Below are positions 24,901-36,900 of a stretch of DNA of 38,508 nt, in pieces. Position 1 is the first letter of the stretch, and each line of letters begins with the position of its first letter. The notes under the pieces are model-generated. The model saw nothing but the letters and a program-made list of their open reading frames with translations. It was not told where the DNA came from and ran no database searches. The DNA lies in NCBI GenBank assembly GCA_002633005.1, contig NMRA01000136.1, positions 503,238-541,745 of the forward strand, in the 5' to 3' direction. This DNA comes from Phoronis australis (lineage: Eukaryota > Animalia > Phoronida). A program made the position numbers and the translations under genes.

Positions 24901-27900
24901 TACCAATAAATCCGTAACAGCAAAATAAAACAACACGTTTTTATGAGAACTCGGTGTATTTTTAAGGGTTTTACATCGCAGTTTGATGATTTATTGGTGT
25001 TAAACGATGAATTCAAGCGATAAGCTGACCCCAGCAACCCGTGCTGTGAACTGCTGAACAGACTGCGTGTGAAACCGATGACGTCATTGGATAAATTCAA
25101 CCCCTCCGTATGCCGTCAGGTGTCAGGTAACGCAACCGTACGTGCCGTTATCGAGTAGAACTACTCGATCTAAATTGATACAAAATAGGTTGTTTTAGGG
25201 TAGCATGCTCCTTTAAGTGGTCCATATTCAAATCGTGGCAGACAATCGAGCATTGAAGTGTCACCTACTCCTCTGAGCTTGGTCTTACTAGTGAATGTAG
25301 GTAAGGGACCGTCGTGAATGAGAACCTGGATATAATGCGAAAGCGATTTCTGGGGCTGTAGTCATAACAAAAAGACCTACTGCCCCCGCTGTGCTCTTAC
25401 GAATCGTAGTTGTTGTTCACGGACGTTGTTGAGAATTTCTGTTTACGGAACATCCTGTATGATAACATCAGCAAAAATAGCATAAGACTCAAAGTTAGAA
25501 ATTTTAAGATTTTTTCTCTGTCTGAAATTACACACTGTTTTCCATAATTTTGTTAACAGGATAACATTGGCGTTGTGAGGTACTCGGACTCTTATTTCAC
25601 CTTCAACCTGGGATGTGTTTTTGTCTGCTTACAGCTTATGCAACCAATAATGACCATTCAGGAACCCGCAGTATGACCGGATATGGCCTCAGTGTGACTC
25701 GTGGCTCGGCGTCGGCGATGTCGTTCACCTACTCTCTTGTCATGCTGTCTATGTGTAAGAACACAATCAACGCGTTCAGAAATACTCGCTTTGCGAACTA
25801 CATACCCTTCGACTCGGCGCTCACGTTCCACATAATTACGTCGTACACATCAGTTTTCCTAAGTGGTAAGCATCTCTTCAATGAACAACGTGTTTGCATT
25901 TAGATGCCTACCTGTTACACATTTTGCGGCATCAATGGTCTTTTCTCGCATTACGTGTATCACTATTCTTCCCAAAAAATTAGCAATTGTTACATTGGGT
26001 CATTGAAAGAACTTAATGTGCCTTTTGATAATTTCGCTTCTCCGTGGTGGCTTCTGTTTGTCCTGTTTATTTGAATGTGGAATACTTTTGTTTGCATATC
26101 AGTGTCATTGTAGCATGCCTTACTTAAGTGTTCATATTACTTTCTTGTGTGCACATTTCTCTTTAATTTGTAGTTGTCCACGTCATCGGCCACATGTTTA
26201 ACTTCTACCACGTCACCACACAACCACCAGACTTTGCGGAATGCATCTTCAAGAACATGATATGGTTTAGGTAAGATCCATAGGCAATTAAAGTCTAAAT
26301 CCTTTAGTACATGGAAAATAACCAGAAGCAGTATAAGCTGAAATTCCTTTATCAAAATGGTCTCTATACGCGTGTTCTTCACGTTATTCACCTCATGCCT
26401 TTTTTAATTATTTAATTATTTCAAGGTAAGATTGTTAGTTTTTGTTATTTGTAGTTGTTGCAGGGGGGGGGGGTAAACTGTTACTGGTTTTCGTTAATTA
26501 CGTTTAATTTTTCACTCCTGTTTACTAGCTTTTAACACTTGATTAACCTGATCTAAAATGAGTTTGAATTGGTGAAAAGTTTCAGAATAATGTAACAAAC
26601 TATAAATACTCCGGCGCGAGTTAGTAGGAGTCATTTACTGAACTAGTTCACGGTCAGCTACAGAGTCAGACAGTTAGTCCCAAGTGGAAGATTCACAGCA
26701 TTAGGTGGAGCATCAGTCCAGGCATTCTGTTTGACTGGAGTACTGCATCTCCGGTCTTCAGTTTACCATGGCACCGAAAGCTATTGGCACTTTGAGTTTG
26801 CCGATATAACCGATTTTTATAAAGAGTTCTCAAACTTGCTCTAAACTTTTGAAAATTGACGAGGGTTACACAGAGCATTATTTTAAAGATTTGAGCGGAC
26901 ACATCGTATTTAATATCCGTTAAATTGTCCCCAAACCACGTTTAGTGTCATTTTAATCCAACGCATATTTCGTTATTTTATTAACGTTGATGGATTTTGA
27001 TTATTGGGTCGGTTCATTTCAGGACTGACTTCTTGCCTTCATTTACTTTCTACATACTCGGCACGACAACAGGTTTGACTGGCTTTATCTTAATTCTCGT
27101 CCTATCTGTTCACGTTGCCTTCTCCACGGTCTGGGTGCGCCACAGGATGTATAGTGTGTTCTACGCTTTTCACAGACTCTTTTACGTCATCTACACTTTG
27201 ATCATTCTGCACGGCAGTGCAGTTCTTTTGAAGGTGAGGTAACTTATGAACTCTATACTTCGGCTGTACTTGTACTCGGTGAATATTGATGCGAAATCTA
27301 GCTGTGGAAAAAGTGGGTTTAGTTCAGGATTGGCCCACATTTTCACCTTAATTTAAAAAGAATAAAAAATTGTTGCGCAACAAGTGCAGACAAATAATTG
27401 TGCTCACGTTGACATAATCTAACGTTTTGATATCGGTTGTTATGCAAATGCGCGCAAATAATTATGTACAGATCCGCATGTCCAAATATCTTCATCTACA
27501 CTTTGAATTCCAAAGGAAATTCGTATCTTACACGACATTTCACTTGTCCGTTGTTGAGTACCTTGTCTCATCTTCTCTCCGCTTGTAATATGAAGGGAAC
27601 ATTGACAGCAATGCTCTCAAATTGAATTCAAGCCATGTCTTTCTGTGAATTTCTAGCAACCCTGGTTCCAATTCTTCTTCTTGGGACCGGCTACCTTGTT
27701 TGCATGTGACAAACTGTACGGAATGAAGAGAAAGTTGTCACCACTTCCGGTTTTATTCGTGGAACACAAGCCTTCAGGTAACAGGACGAAGTTCACAGAT
27801 GAAGTGTTTGGTAACGAATTCCATGTTCCGTAGACATACAATAGAAAGGGACCATAAATCTGTCCCCAGATTTTCTTCCGCAAGTTGACAGGACGGTTGG

Positions 27901-30900
27901 ATGGAAATCATTCTTAAAGCGCAAACTGCAACATTCTTGAAATGACCTGATTTTGTTAATGCATAGACGTCAAAGATATCGAATGATCTGGACAAAGTCG
28001 TGTTCAACCAGCCATGTACTAATGAAGGTCTATTAACAAGTTATACTAATGATGTTGTGTATTAATGGACGTCTATGTCCAAATATTCCGATTACACTGT
28101 TGCTCTCACCAAATTCACCTCTGGAAGCTTCAGAAGGTCCGTACATTACTTATAGCATCATGTGTTCTGCGAAAGGGTCACCGTTTTCCCCTCGGCTGTT
28201 TTAGATGTATTACACTTGAGGATCAAGCGTCCACCATTCTTTGACTTCGTGCCTGGTCAACACGCACTGGTTGCCTGTGAAGCTATCAGTAGTCGCCAGT
28301 TTCACCCCTTCACAATAACCTCGTCTCCAGACGAGAAGTTCCTTTCCTTCCACATTCGTTCTTTCGGACCCTGGACGACTGCCCTGTCGGAGCTGATGGC
28401 GACAAACCGACGACCTATGGTAGGTAACACCACTTTGCTAGAAAAACTATCACCAGTTTTCTGTGTCATCTCTTCGTTGATACGAAACGTTCATTTGATT
28501 CCATATTCCAATCTTGGATTCGTACTAGTTTGACAATTCAGCATACAGTCTTCCAGGCGTATTTTCTATTGTAAATTAGTATTGTCAATACATATAGATT
28601 ATGACATGGCGAAGTCGTTATCCCCCGTATTCTAGAGCCCGAGTGGATTTCGTGATTTACAAGTGAGAGAACACGAGAGAAAAATTTCACTGAATCAAAA
28701 TATCGTTTGCATAGAAATCATGCGTCTTATTTTTCATAGCGTATAAATGTCGGTACAATGCCCTTTGCTGAACATGCGATTGTTGCGCGTGCTCATTTAA
28801 GTATCCCATTTTCACATTCGATGACGTAAGCCGCTGAGTGGTGTAGTGGTAAAGTCGACAATTCGAAACTCTTGCGGCCTGGGTTCGAAACCAGCCTCGG
28901 TTCCCGCCAAAATGTTATCTCACTAACTAAGTGGGTTATTACACGGCTGTATTTGCCATTCGAGCCAAATATTGTGGTATAAAAATCGATTCTTACATGG
29001 CGAAGTCGTTATCCCCCGTTATCTAGAGCCCGAGTGAATTTTGGAGAATTATCGCCCGAGGGGCGTTAGCCTTATCTCATTGCCCGATAACATTCATCAC
29101 AACGAAAACCATTTCATCTGCTACTTTCTACGTTCATACATAACCTACATGTATTTGTAATGTGGGAAGAATCACTGTGATGTCTGCTCAATCAGCATAA
29201 GTGGACTGGAAGTTCTAACGTGAAAACAAATCAAGATAATTTCAGCGTTCAGGTTTTTCAAAACACGTCACTGTACTACAACTACCCGTATTGATCGCAG
29301 TGATGTATTCGTCTCTGAACCTCTCAATTGCATCTCGGTGTGGATCTAGCAGAACTTCTCGTTACAAATCTCAACGGTATGTTGACACAGACTTCCCATT
29401 GTTATTTTAGAATTGACGTACATCATCTTTTTGGTGATTCCGAGGTCCCAAGATATATTTTTCCCTCATATACGGATATGTTGATGAAATTGTCCTCTGT
29501 AAACAAGGTAATAGTCACTCACAGGAGTCCCACGTTATGAGGACCAGTTTTCTCCACTAAATAACAGGCATCAAACTGGTTCTCTAACTCCTAAACAAAT
29601 AAACACAGACATTATAGTCGTGGGGATCAACATTTTCACTCTTTGATAAAAGCTTGAAAATTGCCGCACATGTCAATTTTGATGGGCATATCAATACAAG
29701 GTTAGACACCTATCGCTATTACCATGGTAGCGAACCGAGATATTGTTCTTTAATTGCTGACCCAGCAATTTTGTCATCGTATGTTTTTTGTTCCAAGAAT
29801 GGCTGTCCTAATACTTTCTTGCATGCTAATGTTTTGTTACCTGCATCTATGCGTAAATATTTCGCAAATTTCTCCTGTTAACCTAAACTATGGACTGTGT
29901 TGTAAATGTTATCACTATGGTGCATGACGCATATCCTAGTGTATTTCCTCGCAGAATGCAGCACGACAAACTCAGAATAAACGAAAATTTAAATAGTTTG
30001 TTCGTGAGAATGTTAATGTGTTGGTTGATTGCTGACATGCAGTTTCTCTTTCCATCCTTTGGTCGATTCCCAAACGAATGGCAATATAACCTAAATTAGT
30101 GTCTCGCCAACACCTGGCTAAAATAATCTTACTCCATCGAGGAAGCCTTCAAAATCTGTTCAGTGACAGAACATGAGGTATTTTGTTTCAAAGATGACGC
30201 AAAACACCAGTTTTCAGGGTCCTACAAAACAACATCTATAAGTTTTAGTTATACATGTATTGAGCAATGGTCATTTGGTGTTGGGGTGGGGGGGGGGGGC
30301 GTATTTTCCCACCTTCCCCTAAAGCTTTTGTGTATAATTCAACAGCAAAATATCACTAAGTTTACGCCTACCGTTGGCATTGGCATAATGTGGTACAGAC
30401 AATTATAGCTCTTTCCTGAACTTACTTGAAAAGAGGTGAATCTCATGCCCGGCTTCAAAGCTTCCCACAGTTTTGCCTCACGATCGGCAGACGGCACCGG
30501 ATGCCACAGAAACCTGAAAAGGTCGGCAGTAGCCGACGGAACGTTTTTTCTGTGAAGTAATTCCACGAACCAGTAATAATTTTCCGTATCATATCTCTTA
30601 GCGGTTTAATCAATTCTGACGTGTTTCTTACTTTTGCGTCGTTTCATCATTTGCATTAAAGAAGACAGCTCAAGTAGATGTAGATGGCTGTCTAGTGATT
30701 ATACAGATAAGCAAAAATTTGCCTTATTTAATTCCAAAAAGCTAAAATTACTTGTATACCAAATGTCATGCCTTTATCAAAATAGTTTGGCAGCAGCCCC
30801 TCATTTAATACACTGCAGTGTTGTAGCTTTGCAGCTTACATATCACAAACGCACCCTTTCGAACTCTCGGTAAATTTGTCGAATCTTTAGAAAACAACTA

Positions 30901-33900
30901 TACAGCCGATCACTAAGAGACATAACAACAAAAATGACGGCTGTATGACGAGACCGCCTCTGTATTTCATGTTTTACTATTGGGTTACAGCCGACTGGGT
31001 TTTCACTTTTTGTGACCTCTGTTAACCCCGTGTCATTTTATTTCGCCCTGAAGATGAGACATTACCGGTCGAATTCTGCCTTTATCTAAAGTGAAAAATT
31101 AACGTCTATTTTATGGTTGTTGACCATTCCACACACCATTGATTCTGATGTGTAGTTGTTTCAAAAGTCACAGTATATTTTGTTCTTTTTCAGATGTTTG
31201 TTGATGGTCCTTATGGTGGAATGCTAGGAGGCTTTTACAAATACAAGGTATCGATGATGGCCGCTGGTGGTATCGGAGTTACCTCGTTTTCGGCGATCCT
31301 GAAACAGCTTATCGGAGACATTAGTTTCAAGTCAAAACCAGTTCAAAAGGTACGTTAACATTTCCGCTGTGTAGATTACTACTTCTTCACTTTTCAATAA
31401 ACGGAAGGCCAATATGGTGTTCAGCAATGTTTATGCGCAGGCACGAATCCAGTATCATGGCCAGAAGGGGTATAACTTTAGACAGGGACATAGGTGGCAC
31501 TTTTCCCAGTTTGGGAAGTCTCTGAAATTTGGGACACTAAAATTCAAGCCAACCCAGTTTTTTCTTTGCTGTTTCATGTAGTCTAGGCATAGTTGATCAT
31601 GATTTAGGGGGATGACCGTTCACAACCCTTGAGCATTTTTTAAAATATGCAAATTAAGGTCGCCCTTATGCAAAATTCCATATTTGCTTATAATTTCCTT
31701 ACGGGCAAATCACAATCAAGGTCCATATTCGGTGGCCACATTTGGTGAAAAATGAAGGTTGTCATATAACTGTAAAAGCTGGGTTATTTAAAAGTACCAA
31801 CATTCCAGGTTTGTAATCTAAAATACTTTTGCACAACAACCACCGAATAAAATTTTATGGCCTAATGCATCACAGTTGTACAAAGGGGTACGTACACTAC
31901 AACTTGTGGTCACAGCCAACTCCTACCATGGAAAAATTCATAAGGTAGCTGTTAATTTAACAAGTTCTTGAACAAATTGAAGAAGTATCACATACTAAAG
32001 TAAAAAAAGTTGTTACCGTGCTGATCAAGTTGTTCTAGTTGATGATACATTGCATATCTTAACACAGTACAATGAGAACTGTCTTTCTTACAAAAAGAAA
32101 ATGACATGTAACTACTTTTTTCAAAAACTTTATTGGTGCTATTTGCCAAGTTTTCAATACATTCACCAGTTGGTTAAAATAGTTTAAGTAATGCTAGGTC
32201 CAGTGTTCCACTTATAAACAGTAAAAAATGTCACTGGTTGGGGGGTACGTACACTACACACAGTCAACACAACTTCAAATTTTGACTAAATTACAAATGT
32301 ATGGGATGGTTTTGCGCTGCTTCTACTTGTTGGTTTGTTGCAAGTTGTCTTGAGAGATAGAGAACCTGCTTCTGCAACACCAGTTGTCACATGACGTGTC
32401 TTCTAGGATGTTAAGTACTAGCCAAGTCCTGTGTGGTATTTTATTGCCCAAAAATTTGATAATGTCCATTGTTTATTGTCATACTGGATTCATTTAGGAA
32501 ATATCAGTATTGTTCATGAAAACAGCAGTATGTAAACATACTTGTGGGCAATACTTTATAGCATAGAGGTTGAAGGTATGTACACTACACAGGGGTACGT
32601 ACACTACATGTCAATGATTTGTCAGGTTTATAAAAATACTTAGAATCTACTGAGAGTCTATTCGAAGAGAACAAATAAAAAGTACAGCATATGTGTGCAT
32701 ATCTGTCTGTAATTCTTTGAAAACAGGCACATGTTAAAATATAGGGGTACGTACATATATTTGTTTTGAGTGAAATATTACCATTTGTGTAGCATTTTTA
32801 ATGGATGAAACTGTCTATGACAAATGTTGCTTACTTACGTTGTTTCATGGCATTTGTTCACATCGGGGTACGTAAACTACACGGGGGTACGTAAACTACA
32901 TTTCAATGACATATCAGGTTTGTAACTAAATAGTAAGAATCTACTGAGAGTAAGTTGATTTACTAAATCAATTCAAAGAGAAAAAATAAAAAGCACAGCA
33001 TTCATGTACATATCTGCTGTACTTTGAAAATAGGCACAAATTAAAATATAAGGGTACGTACACTACGAAAATGCTAATATTTCACTCAAAACAAATGTAA
33101 TTGTAACAAACACCCTTTTAACCTAACATTTTTGAGGAAGGAAACTGTCTACGACCAGTGTTGCTCACTTACCAAGTGATATTTTAATTTCATAATTTGC
33201 TGTGTTGCCTAGGCTAACATATTCTGCAGTTATTTTTATGACAGAGTTTGAACTTGAGTTTTTAACCTTCTTTACAATAGGTGAGGGTTAGAAACACAGA
33301 ATTTACAAATTTCGTAACAAGTGCCTGTTTTATGATGAACCGTACAATTTCTCAATGATTTAGCACAACATCATCTAAGTGATTCTAAAAGTGACTCAAG
33401 TTGTTCCCAGTCATATCTAAGCCATTGCTTACTTGATAAAATAAATTTCTGTTCTACTGTTGAAATTGAGAATTGTAATTTTCAAAGTCGCCACTCGTAA
33501 CGCTAAAAATGCATGAAATTCATAGACAAAAACATGCTTAAATTTCTCAAACATTGTCCGATTTTATGATTCTTTTTTAATTCGCACAACTCTTTGCATA
33601 TGAGATTCAGTTGGCATTTGGTAAGTGATCAAAAAATTATTTTAGACCGTAACACAGTCAACTCTCGAATATGGACCTCGATTGTGATTTAGCCATTACC
33701 AAGCACTGCAGCCAGATACTTTTGACGTTTTTACCCATGTTTCCATGGTCAAAAATTTTAATAGTGCAAGTTTTTAGGTGAATACATTGTCAATTTGCAT
33801 AGTTTATTCAAACTGAGACCGCCATTATGCAAAATTCTATTTTTGATTTTAATTTCCTTACCAAGCACTGCAGGCAGGTTATTTTGATTCTTTCACCCGT

Positions 33901-36900
33901 CTTTCCATGGTCAACGACTTTAATATTGAAAGTTTTTGGGTGGATACATCGTCAATTTGAAGAATTTATGCAAATTAAGGCCGCCATTATTCAAAATTTT
34001 ACTTGTTCTAATAACTATGGTACCAATCATCACAGGTGAATTATCACATCTGCACCTATATTTCTATGGTCCATTAGTTTAATGAAATCAGTTTGCATGT
34101 TGTTGCATGACACAATATGCATAATTTATGCAAATTAAGGCCACCATTATTCAAAATTATTTGTTGCTTAAAGAGTCCTTACCAAGCACTGCAGACAGGT
34201 CACTTTAATGTTTTCATCCATGCTTCCATGGTAAGTGAATTTAATGGACCTCGTTTTCTGGTGGATACATCGCGAATTTGCCTAATATATGCAAACTGAG
34301 GCCGCTATTATTCAAAATTTTATTTTTGTTTATAGATGAAGTACCAAGCACCCCAAGTAAATTATTTTAACGTCTTTATCCATGTTTCTCTGAAATCAGT
34401 TTGCAAAATGTTTCATGATGAATTTTCATATTTTATACAAATAATGGACACCACAATTCCAAATACTGTTTCTGCTCTTAATTTTCTTACGGGCGTTACA
34501 TGTAGATTATTTTTGTATTTATTTCATGTTTTTGATAATTTACACAAATTACAACTGCCATATTCAAAATTTTACTTGTGCTTATAACTGCTGCATCAGA
34601 CACCAGAGGTTAGTTATAAATATTTGCACCCATGTTTAAGTGGTCAATAAATTTAATGAAATCTGTTTGCAAGTTGTAGCATGATAAATTTACAGAATCT
34701 CCTTTTCGATGAAGTAAGTCAATTTTTTGTGTGGTGTGTGTTCTGCAGTTTGAGACCTTATATTCTAAAAAAAAAAATATTGTCTATTGCCCTGCGCTCC
34801 CATAGACTACAGAAACACCGCTAATTAATTTAATGAATTGGGTGAATGCTGCAATGGGGCTCGGAGCACTCAGTCTATAGGGACCACGTTGATGAGGTAC
34901 GAATACAGTAGTGAGGAAATAGTAGGGAATTGTCTTCAAAGAAGAGAATCTTAAAGGCGAAGGCAACCTTTTTCCATGTCATTTTGAGCTAAAATAAGGT
35001 TGGTTGGTTATCCTAGATATATTTTCCACTTAATTCCAGCTTTTCGTAATTTTATTAATTACTCGTCCGCTACTCCGGAAGTGACGTTTTAGGAGGCAAG
35101 CATTTAGCGCCAATTTCTTTTCATATAGTCTGACTGTGAGAGCTGCCGAGTCATTCATTGTTCTACCTCGGTTGTGTTAAGTTCCGTCGTCGTTTGCTTT
35201 CATTTACTAGTCAGTCAACATGCCACACTGTTGCTGCGTACCAGGATGCACTAACTATCGGCTCACGCGCGCTTTGGGAGTACCTTTGCATCGCTTTCCG
35301 ATGGATGACACACTTCGCCGTACTTGGCTCGTTCGTGTGAAGAACGCAGCGTTACCCGTCCACGCAACGTACAAAGCAGTGGAGAATTACCGTGTGGGTG
35401 GCAAGCACTTTCTGCCGTCCGATTACGAAACGGATTTGTACGCTGAACTGATGAAGGTCCCTGCGAAACAACGTCTGAAGAAGGATGCCATTCCGTCTGT
35501 GTTGATTCCCGGCAGTGCCTCGTCGCTACCCCCGAGAAGTGCGTTTTTGAAGCGAGAAGTCTCGCGAGCTGTGGCCAGTACAGTGACTGGAGCCAGTGGA
35601 GGCACTTCATCTACTGTCACCCGTGCCTCCGAACGTACCCCAGAGCGTGCAATTCCTGGAACCAGTAGTGATTCGCCCTGTGCTGTTTTCTCCAGCCCAG
35701 AGCCTCTAAGCAGCCCTGCAGCGATATTGAGTAGTGGGAGTGATTACAGGCCCAGTTCGACACCCAGTGAAGAGGACAGTTCGTCGTCCAGTGAACAGAT
35801 CGGTGAGCCAAACTTTGATAAGTTTATTGTGGACTTGTCTAAAGTGTTGGAGCTATTTAGAAGGTGCCAGGTGTGTGGCGAGGGAGTCACACGACACAAT
35901 GTAAGCAGTTTGGGTGCTCAGGTCACCATCCAGTGGGAGTGTGTCACGGGACACTCTGGCAAGTGGGACAGTTGTTCCTCTGTCCGTGGTATGCCGGAGG
36001 TCCACTTAACCATGTCCAGTGGTGTGCTCTTCACTGGAAACACGTTTCAGTCGGTGAAGACAATGATGGACTTTGGAAAAGTCAAGTTTTTTTTCGAAAA
36101 CAACATTCAACAACATTCAGAATTCCTATTTAATACCAGTTGTCAATGACGCATACATGTCACAACATCTCGAGTTGGTGGCGGAATTCATGGAGAAGGA
36201 GAACTTGTCTGACTCACCAGGGCGGTCCGCCAAGTATACCACATACACTCTAATGGAGGAAGAGACCAAAAAGATAATTGATGTGGAACTCGGAACAGCA
36301 CAAGCATTCAATTGAGGTAGGCATAACAACGCACACAGTGCATTTGCACCAAGATGTGTCACCACGTCTGTCTTCAGTAGCCGCCTCGTTTCTCTCAACA
36401 GCTGCCTGTGCCTGTGTGTACTCTGCCTCGTTGTACTCGGGCTCAAACATGTACCCACCCACTGAATGTCCGTGAAAAAATTCCTCGTCACCACTGCTGT
36501 GAACAAGGTCTCCGTCACTCACACTACTGTCACTGTGATACGGGTCACCGACTCCAGCCATTTTCAGCTTACAACACACTAAACAATCCCTAAATCCAAC
36601 GCAGTTGAGTTCTCTACTAACCTATCTTGCCGCAGAATACTCGCCGATGGAAAGTGGTGGCGACAATTGTTGAAAAACAGCACAAAACAAAAGTAGAATA
36701 GAACAGATTCGCACGGTAAAGTCAACGCAAAACCAAGTGGCGGGAAACGCTTGCCTCCTAAAACGTCACTTACGGAGTAGCGGACGAGTAATTTGTAAAA
36801 TTACGAAAAGCTGTAATTAAGTGAAAAATATGTCTAGGATAACCAACCAACCTTATTTTAGCTCAAAATGACATGGAAAAAGGTTGCCTTCGCCTTTAAG

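Larger units (their letters stand above)
23519..25212 (+). mobile_element. Second Kolobok-type non-autonomous element (1694 bp)
   Basis: TTAA at 23515-23518 and 25213-25216; 15-bp TIR AGGAGCATGC(C/T)ACCC (14/15); THAP and KolX remnants inside. Confidence 0.82.
23474..25330 (+). mobile_element. tRNA-derived SINE split by the Kolobok element at 23519-25212
   Basis: A box TGGCACAGTGG at 23484-23494 lies before the insertion and degenerate B box ATTCAAATC at 25226-25234 after it; the 3' end is approximate. Confidence 0.55.
34955..36895 (+). mobile_element. Kolobok-type DNA transposon, internally deleted (1941 bp)
   Basis: TTAA duplicated at 34951-34954 and 36896-36899. TIRs of ~147 bp start AGGCGAAGGCAACC (34955-35101 / 36749-36895, 6 mismatches by eye). 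Holds a THAP transposase 5' part and a convergent KolX-like 5' part. Confidence 0.88.

Noticed and set aside
29250-29700. Further minus-strand coding remnant downstream of the YR-like region (e.g. CNEKFC)
   Set aside because: Could not be assigned to any family by eye, and the apparent 26-nt intron is too short.
35220-36149. Domesticated host THAP gene nested in DUOX
   Set aside because: It lies between TIRs with a TSD, has a mutated zinc-ligand Cys, and ends through a frameshift.
34951-36899. piggyBac assignment because of the TTAA TSD
   Set aside because: Termini are AGG rather than CCY, and the THAP, DSPG and convergent KolX-like content fit Kolobok.
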